A DNA stretch of 64,000 nucleotides from Octopus sinensis (lineage: Eukaryota): assembly GCF_006345805.1 (NCBI RefSeq), contig NC_042999.1, forward strand, positions 89,280,001 to 89,344,000. Reading direction: 5' to 3'. Positions 52,001 to 64,000 of this stretch are shown piece by piece; within the stretch, counting starts at the first letter, position 1, and each line of letters begins with the position of its first letter. The notes under the pieces are model-generated. The model saw only the letters and a list, made by a program, of their open reading frames with translations. It was not told the DNA's origin and did not search any database. The translations under genes were made by a program, and so were the position numbers.

Positions 52001-52639
52001 GTTCTACAATAGGTACAAGGCCTGAAATTTCTTGATTAAGAATAGTAAATTTCTGTGAAAATTTTTTTGTTAGAAATAAAAGATTTGTACTCTACAAAAG
52101 TATAGAGTGACTCAGTAGATTAATGCAGAATTGTTTTTATTATAAATGAACCTTAAGGTAGCGAGCTGCCAGAGTATTAACTATACTAAACAGTAAAGCC
52201 AGTCGTCACATCAAAATGGCTGTTGAATGTTACTACTAGTTTAATCCCAGGCAGATTCTCCACCAGCTGGTTATCAGTGCGAATACATATATGTATTCGC
52301 ACACATACACACACACACACACATACACACATATAAATATACACACACACTCACACACACACACGCATACACATATACACGCACACAAAGAAAAGAAGAA
52401 AACATACAGATACATAGACATACATTTAAGAGATTAGCCTTTTGTTACCTGTTCTAAAGAAAAAAAACGTTTTAAAATAAAACTTTGAATAGTAACAAGG
52501 TAAATCAATTTCTAAGGAACTAATAAATAAACTTCACTGTACGTATTGAGTTTTATTTCTACAATTTTTACAACCAAACATATATTAGCTTATATTTTCT
52601 TTACATAAACTTTCAAAATTTTGTGGCTATATATTAGAT

Positions 52640-52990
52640 ACTGTTTCTTCTCGTTTAGATGAAGTTGGGTGGAGAATAATCAACACAAAAGTACGCAAAT
52701 AAGCAATAAAAAAATTGGTTAAGTCTCTCCTTGCCTTGATTGACTGTGTATTTGTAGAAGAGACCAGTTGGTTGACTAGTCTTTGTTTATCGAGCGTCTG
52801 TCTATTATTATTGGGCCTCCTTGTCTGCCCTGTTGTCATCATTGTTTGTATTTTCAATAGTGTTGGGCTGGTCTAAGGCGACTGTGGCTCCATGAATATT
52901 TCAGATTTTTCATGCTTTAGTCAAGCTGTCGCTAGCATTTTGCCCATTATTTCACACTGCAACACTTCACAGATACTTGTTGAATTTCTT
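52640..52990 (-). pseudogene. Possible PIF/Harbinger transposase C-terminal remnant
   Basis: IHGATVAL and STNTQSIKARRDLTNFF weakly resemble Harbinger C-terminal motifs; by-eye only. Confidence 0.2.
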
Positions 52991-53194
52991 TTATATTTTA
53001 GAAACAAAAAATGCATTTTCGTCTTTTAACATCAATTTACCCTGACAAATTGTACCATAGAGAAGAAGAAAGTTTTTTTCTTTTTTCCTTTCCAGCTAAC
53101 TCGGCAAGAATGTCTAGCCAACACTTTAACTGTAAAGCAAAGTAATAGGAGCACCGTCTTTGTTTATATTCAACTCTTCAAATATGTGTGTGTA

Positions 53195-53330
53195 TGTGTG
53201 TGTGTACATACATACATACATACATACATACATACATACATACATACATACATACATACACATACACACATACATACATACATACATACATACATACATA
53301 CATACATACATAAATACATACATACCACAT
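53195..53330. repeat. (TACA)n microsatellite
   Basis: Direct inspection. Confidence 0.95.
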
Positions 53331-53414
53331 GCTTATTCCCAATTGATCTCTAAAAGTAGTTAACTTTTATTGAACAGAAGGAGTAAAATCTCTCAAATAA
53401 CCCTCAATACCTTA

Positions 53415-53560
53415 TTGGTTTCAAGTTTTGGCACAAAGCCAGCAATTTCAGGGAAGGAGATAAGTCGATTACATCAACCTCGGTATTCAACTGGTACTTA
53501 TTTTATCGATCCCGAAAGGATAAAAGGCAAAGTCGATTTTGGTGCAATTTGAAACTGACT
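53415..53560 (-). mobile_element. 5'-truncated Meta-core-like SINE
   Basis: ATCGATCCCGAAAGGATAAAAGGCAAAGTCGA core plus the alternative tail. Confidence 0.8.
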
Positions 53561-54311
53561 ATATAATATTCTATCCAGTATTATTTCTAATTTTTTGTAT
53601 TCTCAAATATTTTCTAACTACCATGCTGAAAATATTTTTTACTTCGACAATTTCAACAATATTGATTTCAGCATAGTTTAGCAGCAAGGTAAAAAGGTGT
53701 AAGAATTACATAGGTTGGATGTCGGATTCCGGACTGAAGCGATATGGTTTCACCATCTTTTTATTTATTTATTTAAATTTTTTTTTATCTTTTGATTAAT
53801 GCATGAAAACTTTGCCGGTCATTTATCTGAATGAAGAATAGAATGTTAATGATAAAGGGCAGAAAGATAACCGAAATCTTGATAGACAAATGCTCTTTTA
53901 CGACATCATATTAATTCGTGGTTTAAGTCTTTCCATTGAAACTACGATTCAGAAACTGAGAAGCTAACATATAGTTTAGGTTTTGTTCTAAGCTTTAAGT
54001 CAGGTGTTCGTAAGATATTTTTCTGGATCCAAGATAATTTTTCTCCTATCAGTCACAGAAAATTGTAACGCAATTTTTTGTCACCAATATCGTACAGTTA
54101 AGTTGCCAATGTTTTTTTTTGCAAGCCCTTTTTAAAATAATGATAATAATAAACTACCTATGTCACTTCACATCCCACTAGGTAGCGATAGCATCACTCC
54201 GACCACGTTTGTTCATGTTCTGCAGGAATATAAAAACAATCATCATGGTCGAACTCAGAATGCCCTTGAAGGACAGGCTCGATACTTACAACCAGCTAAA
54301 GAAAACCGAGT

Positions 54312-54545
54312 GGAGGCGCGTGGCTAAGTGGCTAGGGTGTCAGCATTATGATCGTAAGATTGGGGTTTTGACTCCTGGACCGGGCGACGAGTTGTGTTCT
54401 TGAGCAAAACACTTCATTTCACGTTGTTCCAGTCCACTCAGCTGGCAAAAATGAGTAACGCTGCGTTGGACTGGCGTCCTGTCCAGCTGGGGAACGCATA
54501 CGCTATAGAAACCGGGAAACAGGGCCCGTGGTTAGGCTTTAAAAG
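54312..54545 (+). mobile_element. V-domain tRNA-derived SINE
   Basis: GGAGGCGCGTGGCTAAGTGG A box; TTGTGTTCTTGAGCAAAACACTTCATTTCACGTTGTTCCAGTCCACTCAGCTGG V-like domain. Confidence 0.85.
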
Positions 54546-54981
54546 GGCGCATTTATATTTATTAAAGAAAACCGAATATCAGGACTTGATCGATGAAGCC
54601 CTTATTAAGAAATAGTATAGATCCTCATTTCTTCTTGATATCGGCTACCACAGGTTTCCAGTTAGATCAGTGTGCTATTTCCTAGAGAGGATTAGTCTCG
54701 CACTCAAACAACTTAAGAAAACTTCCAACAAGATAAGCAAGACGGTTGAAACCAACTCAAGTTGACTATAGCTGACAGGAGACCACAGGTGGTACCCTTC
54801 GGCGAAAAGTACAGGCTAAAGGATGAAACTCTTGTGACACTGAAGTGCTTTCTGACGATACTGAAGAGTTTCTAACACTGTATGGACTTAGAAGAGCTTA
54901 CAAAATTTCTGATTGCTCCTGGAGTTTCTACATGGGACAAAACATCACCATATGTGTATGTGTGTGTGTGTGTGTGTGTGT

Positions 54982-55307
54982 GAAGGTGCGTGACTTAGTG
55001 ATTAAGGTATTCGGCTTACGATCGTAAAGTAATGAGTTCAATTCTCGGTGACGAGTTGTGTCCTTGAGCAAGACACTTTATTTAAAGTTGCTCCAGTCCA
55101 CTCAGTTGGCAAAAATTAGTAATACCTGTTTCCCAAAGGGTCAGGCTTGTCACACTATGTCTCATGCTGAACTCCCTGAGAACTACGTTAAGGGCACACG
55201 TGTTTGTGGAGTGCTCAACCACCTGCGCATTAATTTCACGAGCAGTCTTCCGTTGATCAGATCAACTGGAACCCTCGTCGTCGTGTCGTAACCGACGAAG
55301 TGCCAGT
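54982..55307 (+). mobile_element. V-domain tRNA-derived SINE (second tail type)
   Basis: Same V-like domain with a different 3' half; matches 24985-25287 in reverse. Confidence 0.85.
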
Positions 55308-55756
55308 TCAATACACACACACACAAAGATAATTTCTCTCCTATCAGTCACAGAGACACCCGACCATGGAAGTCGCAACACAATTTTTTGTCAGCAATAT
55401 CTTACAGCTAATAAGTTACCTCGATATTTTTTACAGGCCTTTCTAAATATAAAGAGATCATATGAGATTTGAAATTTTCATCCAACGAGCATAGCAATAC
55501 GAAGATAGGCAGGTCCGTTCGCGTCAACCTGGAGAAATATCTATTCAGAAGTAAAACATCAACGTATTCAAACGTATTCAAACCAGGAACACAATAGAAT
55601 AGTTGTATATGCATGCCACTGTTTCAGAGGAATATATACGTGAATTTATTTTTTTATATTTTTCCCTCGCTCTGATGAAGAACAAAAACGACCAAAGCGT
55701 CAAACCATATCTTTATCGTGTTATTCCTTTGTCTGTGTTGGTATTATAAGCTGGAA

Positions 55757-56414
55757 AGGCGGCGAGCTGGCAAAAACGTTAGCACGCCGGGTGAAATGCT
55801 TAGCTGTATTTCGTCTGCCGTTACGTTCGGAGTTCAAACTCCATCGAGGTCGACTTTACCTTTCATCCTTTCGGGGTCCATTAAATAAGTAGCAGTTACG
55901 CACTGGGGTCGATGTAATCGACTTAATCCGTGTGTCTGTCCTTGTTTGTCCCCTCTGTGTTTAGCCCCTTGTGGGTAGTAAAGAGACGGTAATTAAGGCG
56001 GCGAGCTGGTAGAAACGTTAGCACGCTGGGCGAAATGCGTAGCCGTATTTCGGCTGCCGTTACGTTCTGAGTTCAAATTCCACCGAGGTCGACTTTGCCT
56101 TTCATCCTTTCGGGGTTGATTAAATAAGTACCAGTTACGCACTGGGGTCGATATAAACGACTTGATCCGTTTGTCTGTCCTTGTTTGTCCCCTCTGTGTT
56201 TAGCCCCTTGTGGGTAGTAAAGAAATAGGTATTTCGTCTGCCGTTACGTTCTGAGTTCAAATTCCGCCGAGGTCGACTTTGCCTTTCATCCTTTCGGGGT
56301 CGATAAATTAAGTACCAGTTACGCACTGGGGTCGATATAATCGGCTTAATCTGTTTGTCTGTCCTTGTTTGTCCTCTTTGTGTTTAGACCCTTGTGGGTA
56401 GTAAAGAAATAGGT
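55757..56414 (+). mobile_element. Head-to-tail trimer of Meta-core-like SINE flanked by one TSD
   Basis: Units start at 55758, 55997 and 56231 (clipped); TTATAAGCTGGAA at 55744-55756 and 56416-56428. Confidence 0.92.
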
Positions 56415-56427
56415 GTTATAAGCTGGA

Positions 56428-56477
<50 letters not shown>

Positions 56478-57640
56478 ACGTAGAAACATTACTTTGAAAA
56501 TAATAATTCCCTTCGCGGCTACCCCAAGTCTCTCAGTCTTGTATATTTGTTTTCTTTGTTGCCAAAACAAACGCATAAAAGCAATAAATTCAGGATGGCA
56601 ACAGTGTGAGCTATAAGCTTCGAGCAAATAAATAACCTCTACGGTAAGTATTGAGTACTTTTTCTGTTGTTTGTACACAGGTATTTACATGTGTATGCGT
56701 GAGTGTGTGTATGTTGGTCATTCAATTCCCCAGGTAATATGAGAACAGATTATCTCTAGTTTTCTTTTTTTTCTATTCTTTTACGTTTAAAGGTACGTAG
56801 AATATTAAAAAGAATAGAGTAACAATTTCTAATTTATTTATTCGTGTAAAGCATTCATTTTTTTTTATCTATTTATTCACCTCTTTCTACTGTAACAACC
56901 AAGGCTTTCAGACAATACTATCAATACAGAAATTCCAAAGTATCGAAAGTTACGAGCTGAGAAAGGGAAAGATATGTTCGTGAATTTAACTACAACAAAA
57001 GAATATACCTCAGAAAAAGAATGAATGGGCAACATAAAGGTAAAGCATTGTTGACAGAAACGAGTCATATATTATATCCACTTAATGAGAAATTCACTGT
57101 AAAGAAAAAGGCCTTGTAGAGTTATTGCTTGCAAAACTGCTGGGAAACCGCAATTATTTGATAAATTTCGAGAAGCTGGTTTCTTTGTATTAAAGCTTGG
57201 TGTTGACATTGTTATTTATTGTTCTATACTTTAATAGAGCGTGAGTAAAATGGACAAAGTAGTGTTTGAGGCTCCTGAATTATGAGTTCAAATCTGTTTT
57301 CCGGTGTTTCATTGTATCAGATTAGAATACTTCCTTTTATATAAATATATATTTTTTTAATTGCCATACATATCAAGATCATGATTATGTGTCGCAGCTT
57401 TAACGTTTTTCTTTAATAACATTTCTTCTATATCGAAAAAACATATGCATAAAAATGTATTAAACCTTATATCCTCAAGATAAATATACAAGAAATCATA
57501 CATGTATATATATAGTCACAATGAGGATATTTAAACCTCTTATAGGGATATTTTATCCAATAAACACTGGTTTAATATATTTTAAAGAGATATTTCTTCA
57601 ATAAATATATTATATAAAATATCGTAAAATATCATACATT

Positions 57641-57872
57641 ATTATCGAGTTAGAAAACAGAGAGATCTAATGGATACAAATTAATTTATGAATTAATTAT
57701 CATATTCACCTACAATTGTTTCATTTCACAAACAAAATTAAAATTACAAAGCATATATAAATATATAATTTTACATTTTAGATACCTTGTATGGAAAATC
57801 ATCAGGGTGTACAAAGGACAATAAAGATTACGTTAGGATACGTTTGGAATACTTAGAATACATAGACATGTT
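57641..57872 (-). mobile_element. Left arm of a ~230-bp inverted-repeat pair
   Basis: Reverse complement of 58480-58710, with scattered mismatches. Confidence 0.85.
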
Positions 57873-57896
57873 TATTATTACAATATTATTATTATT

Positions 57897-58472
57897 GAGT
57901 GAGTGAGAGAGCAGTGCATGCCATCAAAGTGACACTAGGATAAAATATACGAAACCCAGTATACCCATCATGACTACCCGTCTGATAAGGAAACAATAGG
58001 CACATGCATAACAACCATATATGCGCGACATGGTGATCACATATCAAGATAAACAGCACATGACCTTGCAGGTGGAGCCCAGTTAGAATTTTCTTCTGGT
58101 CGAGTAACCCATCCTGCTCAAAAGGTCCCTCAATAAGGGTTGTTTAAAGATGTTGAACGAACCACCCATGTTTCCACAGGTGAATTATTCAAACTCCAAT
58201 GAATCCCTCTCAACACATGGCTATGGTGCTTCCCCCACTACTTCTGCTCGTGATCAGAGGTGCACATATCGTCAGCCACTAAGGGACATGCTCAACTGGT
58301 TTAAGGTCAAACAACTGACAAGCAAGTCTGTGGTACTGAGCAGAATATTTGCTGTAGCCCATCTTTTATACAAAGACAAAACAATGTACGTGATAACATT
58401 TCCAATCAGTTAAGATCAGAAGCCATCAGAGCCACTGTCTGGTACTGCATCAGGGCATTATTATTATTATTA
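57897..58472 (+). mobile_element. Non-autonomous retroposon with (ATT)n tail (RTE-related by recall)
   Basis: Non-coding, higher-GC block ending CAGGGC(ATT)n, sitting in an ATT run between the inverted arms. Confidence 0.5.
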
Positions 58473-58479
58473 CTATATT

Positions 58480-58710
58480 AAACATGTCTGTATATTCTGA
58501 GTATTAAAAACGTATCCTAATGTAATCTTTATTGTCCTTTTTACACCCTGAGGATTTTCCATGCAAGGTATTTAAAATGCTGAATTATATATTTGTATAT
58601 GTTTTGTAATTTTAATTTTGTTTTTGAAATGAAACAATTGTAGGTGAATAAGTTAAGTAATTAATAAATTCATTTCTATCCATTAGCTCTCTGTTTTCTA
58701 ACTCGATAAT
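58480..58710 (+). mobile_element. Right arm of the inverted-repeat pair
   Basis: Reverse complement of 57641-57872. Confidence 0.85.
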
Positions 58711-59764
58711 GTGTGTGTGTGTATGTGTACGTGTGTGTAATGTGAAGTACTCTGACCAAGTGACAATCCCTAAAAAGTACGATAACCTATATCTTATAAT
58801 ACTTTCATCACTCAAAATTAACTGAGAGACATTCTCAATTTTGAATTAATATATTTTCATAAACTTTTGCACAGAATTGTGAAATCTGTTTTAAATTGGT
58901 AAAAGAAACTATTAGAGAACCATTCGGCAAAAGCGGATTTCAGTCTCTTTGGAAGCAATAAAAAGTTATTTCATGACATAAATGACGATTTCTTGCATTT
59001 TCTGGTTTGTGGTTACTTTGTTTCTCTTACATTTTTTGTTACCACTATTTAAGGCGATATGGACCTTAATCTTTCCCCATGGCTGGTTAATTTCACCGTT
59101 GACCCCGCTTCTTTTTTTTCAACAATAGATGGATGGTAACTTCTCTCCGCCTATTAAAGTATTTCTTTCTCACAAAACATATCTGACAGCAGATTATTCT
59201 GAAACTTAGGTCTCGCCTGTTCCTTATCGCTTTCCCACAAGTCCGTAAAATATAAAATTAAAACCTTTTCAAATAATATAAGCGACACACAGATGATTTA
59301 CGATTATTACATAGAGACGTAAATTGCTAAATATATTCGTCTGTTGAACAGATTCCTGTTAAGATTACAAAAATTGCCCATAGAGTCTTTCTATGTGAGT
59401 GTGTGTATGTGTGTTTGTATGGCTGTGCGTGCGTGCGTGTGTGTGAGTGTGAATTCATTGAGATATTTTTCATTCATCTTTTCGTCAAGTAAGAAAAATG
59501 GAAACCGTAACTCTTTACATCTACCCCAATATCAGTTCTTTAGTTCGTGTGTATATTATTCGTTTATGTAGGTAAAGACATAATAAATGATAGCAAAACA
59601 AAATACATCCAAGACATGCAGTAAAAGGCAAATCGTTGTTTTCAGTAGAATGGTAGTAGATGGTAGAAGTGGTTGTGTGACTTTTAAGATACATTATAAG
59701 TTTCAAGCAAACGGGTGTTTTCATCCTTCCAAGATTTATAAAATATACATCAAGTACAGATATT

Positions 59765-59998
59765 TATTTCTTTATTGCCCACAAGGGGCTAAACATAGAG
59801 GGGACAAACAAGGACAGACAAACGGATTAAGTCAATTATATCGACCCCAGTGACAAACTGGTACTTATCTAATCGACCCCGAAAGGATGAAAGGCAAAGT
59901 CGACCTCGGCAGAATTTGAACTCAGAACGTAACGGCAGACGAAATACCGCGAAGCATTTCGCCCGGCGTGCTACCGTTTCTGCCAGCTCACCGCCTTT
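59765..59998 (-). mobile_element. Full-length young Meta-core-like SINE with 17-bp TSD
   Basis: CATCAAGTACAGATATT at 59748-59764 and 59999-60015. Confidence 0.95.
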
Positions 59999-60814
59999 CA
60001 TCAAGTACAGATATTGTTAATCGATTGTTCTTTAATACATGTCTGCAAAGCATTTCCTCCTAAATATCTTCTATCGGTGTTAGAATTATTATTCTCAGCT
60101 GTAACCGCCCCATATGTTTTTAGCAGTATGTAGGAATTCATAGCGGTATGTAGGACAATTATGACTGAGTGGGAGAAGTCTTCAGGGCTTCATAACCGAA
60201 TGTGATACTTCCCTTATAAAAGACAGTATGGCGTGCTATGAGGGTGATGTAGCTGTTATGAGGAGGATCCTTTGTTAAATTGGCTGGTACTTAATTTATC
60301 TAGACCAGGGTGGTGTTATGGCTGCTACAATCATCGCCAGTGGTATAACTTGAGGATAATAACGAATGCTATTAAACATTGTCAGTAAGTGTTATGTCAG
60401 TAAATGCTGTTCATATTTCGGCAAGGAATTATACCGGAAAAATACAAGTGAAAGGTTCGTTTCTGTTGAGTTTAGAACATAATATTATGTTAGTATATAT
60501 ACAGTTATATGGTTCGTTTCTCGTCCATAGCATACATCCGCTCATGTTGCTAATCGATTCCAAAATATGCATCTTAACTCAGAAAATGACGTGATACGAA
60601 AACACATTTCATTATCTTGTATTTCTTTTAATAAATAAATGGTTTGTACATTTTCTACATGCATCTTATATGATTTTTCCACTTGAGTATTGTTTTTAGA
60701 AATTCTGCAGAGATACGCTTTCGAGGGTTTGCTTTACGATTAGGCAAAAAAAAAACCCAGAAAATTCGAGCGTTTTTGAGAAGTCTTCCCCACTCACACG
60801 CACGCACAAACACA

Positions 60815-60849
<35 letters not shown>

Positions 60850-61114
60850 CTTTGCGACCTTTAATTTTCGCAACTTGAATAATTTCTTCTTTTGTTGTTT
60901 TTCAGATTTCTACGTTTGAGCCATCAACATTAAGCAATCAAGAAATAGTGTATTCAGCAAAATGTTATTTAAAAATTTTTTAGGGATTATGAGGAACCAA
61001 GTTTTCGAGAGTATGGAATGATCCGAAAAAAAAAATTCATCTCTTTTTTAAAGAATTTTCCTTCATAGAATCGATCGCAATCTACATCCGCGAAAATATA
61101 TCTCTCAAAATAAT

Positions 61115-61478
61115 CTTTTCTACTCTAGGCACAAGGCCCAACATTTTGGGTGAGGGAGCCAGTCGATTAAATCGAAACCACTATGCAACTGGTACTTAAT
61201 TTATCGACCCCGAAAGGATGAAAGGCAAAGTCTAACTCAGCGGAATTTGAAATCAAAACGTAAAGACAAACGAAATACCTATTTCTTTACAAGGGGCTAA
61301 ACATAGAGTGGACAAAAAAGGACAGACGAAGGGATTAAGTCGATTACATCAACCCCAGTGCGTAACTGGTACTTAATTTATCGACCCCGAAAGGATGACG
61401 GGCAAAGTAGACTTCGGCGGAATTTGAACTCAGAACGTAAAAAGGCAGACGAAATACGGCTACGCATTTCGCCCGCTT
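61115..61478 (-). mobile_element. Heterodimer of two SINE subfamilies flanked by one 18-bp TSD
   Basis: TATATCTCTCAAAATAAT at 61097-61114 and 61479-61496; internal junction at 61276/61277. Confidence 0.92.
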
Positions 61479-62288
61479 TATATCTCTCAAAATAATGCAT
61501 TCTTAAAAAAGTTAGTATGAAACAAAGTAGGAGGTGTACCAAGCTGTAATTATGTCAAACTTCCAAAACTCTAAAAAGTTACATTACATTTTATTTGTCA
61601 TTGTAATATTTTTCTATGAAATAAAAAGTGCAAAGTCTTTAAGAAAGAAATTTGTTAATGGTTTCTCCCATTGTTTTAAATAAATGTTGTTCTCTATCAT
61701 TAATAAAACTGTTGTCGTTTTTGACGATATAGGAATGTTAGTCATTATCATAATTATTAAGCTGTTTGGTGGAAAGTTCGAAACAGCACCGTACAAGATA
61801 TAGTATTTTGTTACTTTCCCTTTTTATTACTTTTAAATTCCAATTTCATTGAGTTTAACGCTGTTCTTTTATCCGCTTTAGTAGGTATCATAGTTACTAA
61901 CCAACTGGAGTCAATATAAGGGATGATTCTATCTCAAAATTACATGACTTTTTACCCATTTCAGTAAATGATAAATAAACAGGGCCTTTATATGTACCAT
62001 CATTCTCTCATGTAACTCATCCTGCAAGTAAAATTCAATACACGATCGGAAGTCAACGGTAGTCGGCCATACGCTCACTAAAATACAAATAAAGAACTGA
62101 AAATGGTAGTGAAGTACATATGAATTTTAATAACTTGTTTTGGTTTGATGTACTTCCGTAGTCGAATTTCCAATAAAATAATCAATCGGAAAATAATCAG
62201 AATTCATATTCTTTTCATTTTTCTCTAAGCCTTCTCTGATTGAGCAGAACCTTAATCAGTTATGTTCGTGCCAGTATTATCTGCTTCG

Positions 62289-62328
<40 letters not shown>

Positions 62329-63084
62329 AATGGTGTAGAGAAAAATGAAGATACTGATGTCTTTCTTCCTTTCTTTATGACAGTAAAAAGTGATTTTACT
62401 TATTTCTGTCGCTGGATTGCGGCCATTCGGGTCTATGGCTACAAAAGATTTATTCAATCAAGTCCATTCCATTATTTGACTTTAATTGTGGTACTTATTC
62501 TATTGCTTTCTTTTTGTCGAGCTTCTAAGTTTCGAGTAGGCAAATAAACACAAAGTTTGTCAAATAGTGAGAGACGGACACAAAGGTAAAAATGCGCACA
62601 TTCATATGTGCATGCTTCCAGCCTCCACATACACACAACACGCACGCACATGCACAGACACACACACATACACATACACACACACAAACACGCAATGCAC
62701 ATATTTGTTTTCTTTACAAAACAAAATGTAATATAGAAATGCATTTAGAATTATGTCATTGTGTGACATGAAACGTAGAATTTAATGACAGCTGAGTTAA
62801 ATCTCTGAGTCAGATACTCTTTGATAAATATACATCGACATAAATACGAATTCACATACGCACTCATCCACACACGCACACATGAACTCAGATATAAGAA
62901 TATATATATATAAATATTCGTCTTTCTTGTGTACATAAATGTAAAAGTAAATATTTATGTGTATCTTCGTCCAGTTAACTCAGTAATGTGTGTGTGTGTT
63001 TGTTTGTGTGCGCGCGCATACACACAGATACATGCATTCATACATCTTTTTTTATCTTTCTTATCTTTTTATCTTTACTGCATC

Positions 63085-64000
63085 CGGGGATTTTTCCTGT
63101 ATTGCTTCTGGTGAAGTAGCGAATTGAACGTTGCCGCTCTTCTTTGTGCCTCCTGAAGGATCTAAGGATCCAACCTGCCACCTGCCTGCATAGTGTTGCC
63201 GTCTGATCAATGTGCACATGGAAAGTTGCGTCATTGCTCATGCGGATTCCCAGATCACGCACCGACTCTAACTCTGGGATTACATTGCCTGCTGGTCCAG
63301 TGTACTACAACTGTAGTTTGTTTGTAGGCTGATAGCGGAGTGCTTGAAATTTTGCGCCATTGAACTGCATATTATTTTCATCAGTCCATTTATATATTGC
63401 GTTCCAAGTCATTCTGCAGTCTTAGGATGTCAGCAGTGTCCTTGACTACCTGCGATACTTTTGTATCATCGACGTAGCTGGTCAGTATTGTTCTGTCCGA
63501 CATTCCTTCAGCTACGTAGCTGAAGGAATGTCGGACAGAACAATCACAAACAGTAGTGGTCCCAGTATGTTCCCTGGGGGACTCCACTGAGAATCGGTGT
63601 CACTTCAGAAAGAACACCATTTGCTGTGACAACCTGAGTTCTGTCCTTCGAGAAATCATGCAGCCACTCTCTCAGTCTACCAGCGATACCGAAGTCACGA
63701 AATTTGTGACAAACCATACCATGATCGACTTTGTCAAAGGCCTTGGCAAAGTCGAGGCATATAACATCCACACTTGAATGTCTGAGTTGTTGCTTTAGTA
63801 CCCAGTCGAAATGCTGTAGTAGTTGTGTTAGGTAGCTCCTTCCAGGACGGAAACCATGTTGTGTGTCTGTAAGCAAGTCATTTTCCTCAAGGTACGTGGT
63901 CAGCCTTTTTCTGACAATGCGTCCCATGATTTTGCTAAGATGAGGTCAGAGAGATGGACTTGTAGTTTATAGCATCTGCTCTGCTTCCTGTTTTGTGGAC
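63085..64000 (-). pseudogene. CR1/L2/Jockey-group LINE RT fragment (runs off the window end)
   Basis: QHGFRPGRSYLTQLL, LDFAKAFDKVDH, SGVPQGT, YVDDTKV, RDLGIRMS...WILRSF; frameshifted. Confidence 0.92.

Noticed and set aside
54770-54875. CTGACAGG/CTGACGA and GAAAC motifs with a 9-bp inverted repeat GAAACTCTT/AAGAGTTTC
   Set aside because: Stems required for a type I, II or III hammerhead cannot be built.
55758-55850. tRNA-like A and B boxes
   Set aside because: These are SINE heads fused to core and tail; no cloverleaf or acceptor stem, so not tRNA genes. The same applies to all SINE copies.
56090-56125. Ribozyme reading of the SINE core (CCCCGAAAGGATGAAAGG on the minus strand)
   Set aside because: No CUGANGA and the motif order is wrong for any hammerhead type.

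Overview
Repeat-dense, AT-rich animal genomic DNA. It is almost certainly octopus (cephalopod), inferred from its tRNA-derived SINE families and very high microsatellite load; this assignment is from recall, not a search. Nearly all ORFs in the supplied track are microsatellite artefacts and no complete host gene is visible. The best host-gene signal is a GC3-rich candidate exon at 5481-5677 (+). Real protein signal comes from decayed mobile elements: a Ty3/Gypsy RT-RNaseH fossil (11.8-13.0 kb, absent from the ORF track), a Hero-type RLE LINE (25.9-27.6 kb), three R4/Dong-type RLE LINE fragments, two APE-type LINE RT fragments, and a Penelope-like element with RT and C-terminal GIY-YIG (37.1-38.3 kb). 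There is also a non-autonomous Helitron, a hAT MITE and many SINEs. The most interesting signals are: (1) type-I hammerhead ribozyme motifs, one near-intact at 39962-40032 and one at the 3' end of the Penelope element; (2) a near-identical ~875-bp tandem array carrying both hammerhead core halves in permuted order; (3) SINE multimers bracketed by single target-site duplications with a recurrent junction; (4) an unexplained cluster of perfect hairpins at 18603-18948. No CRISPR array, rRNA or true tRNA gene was found.
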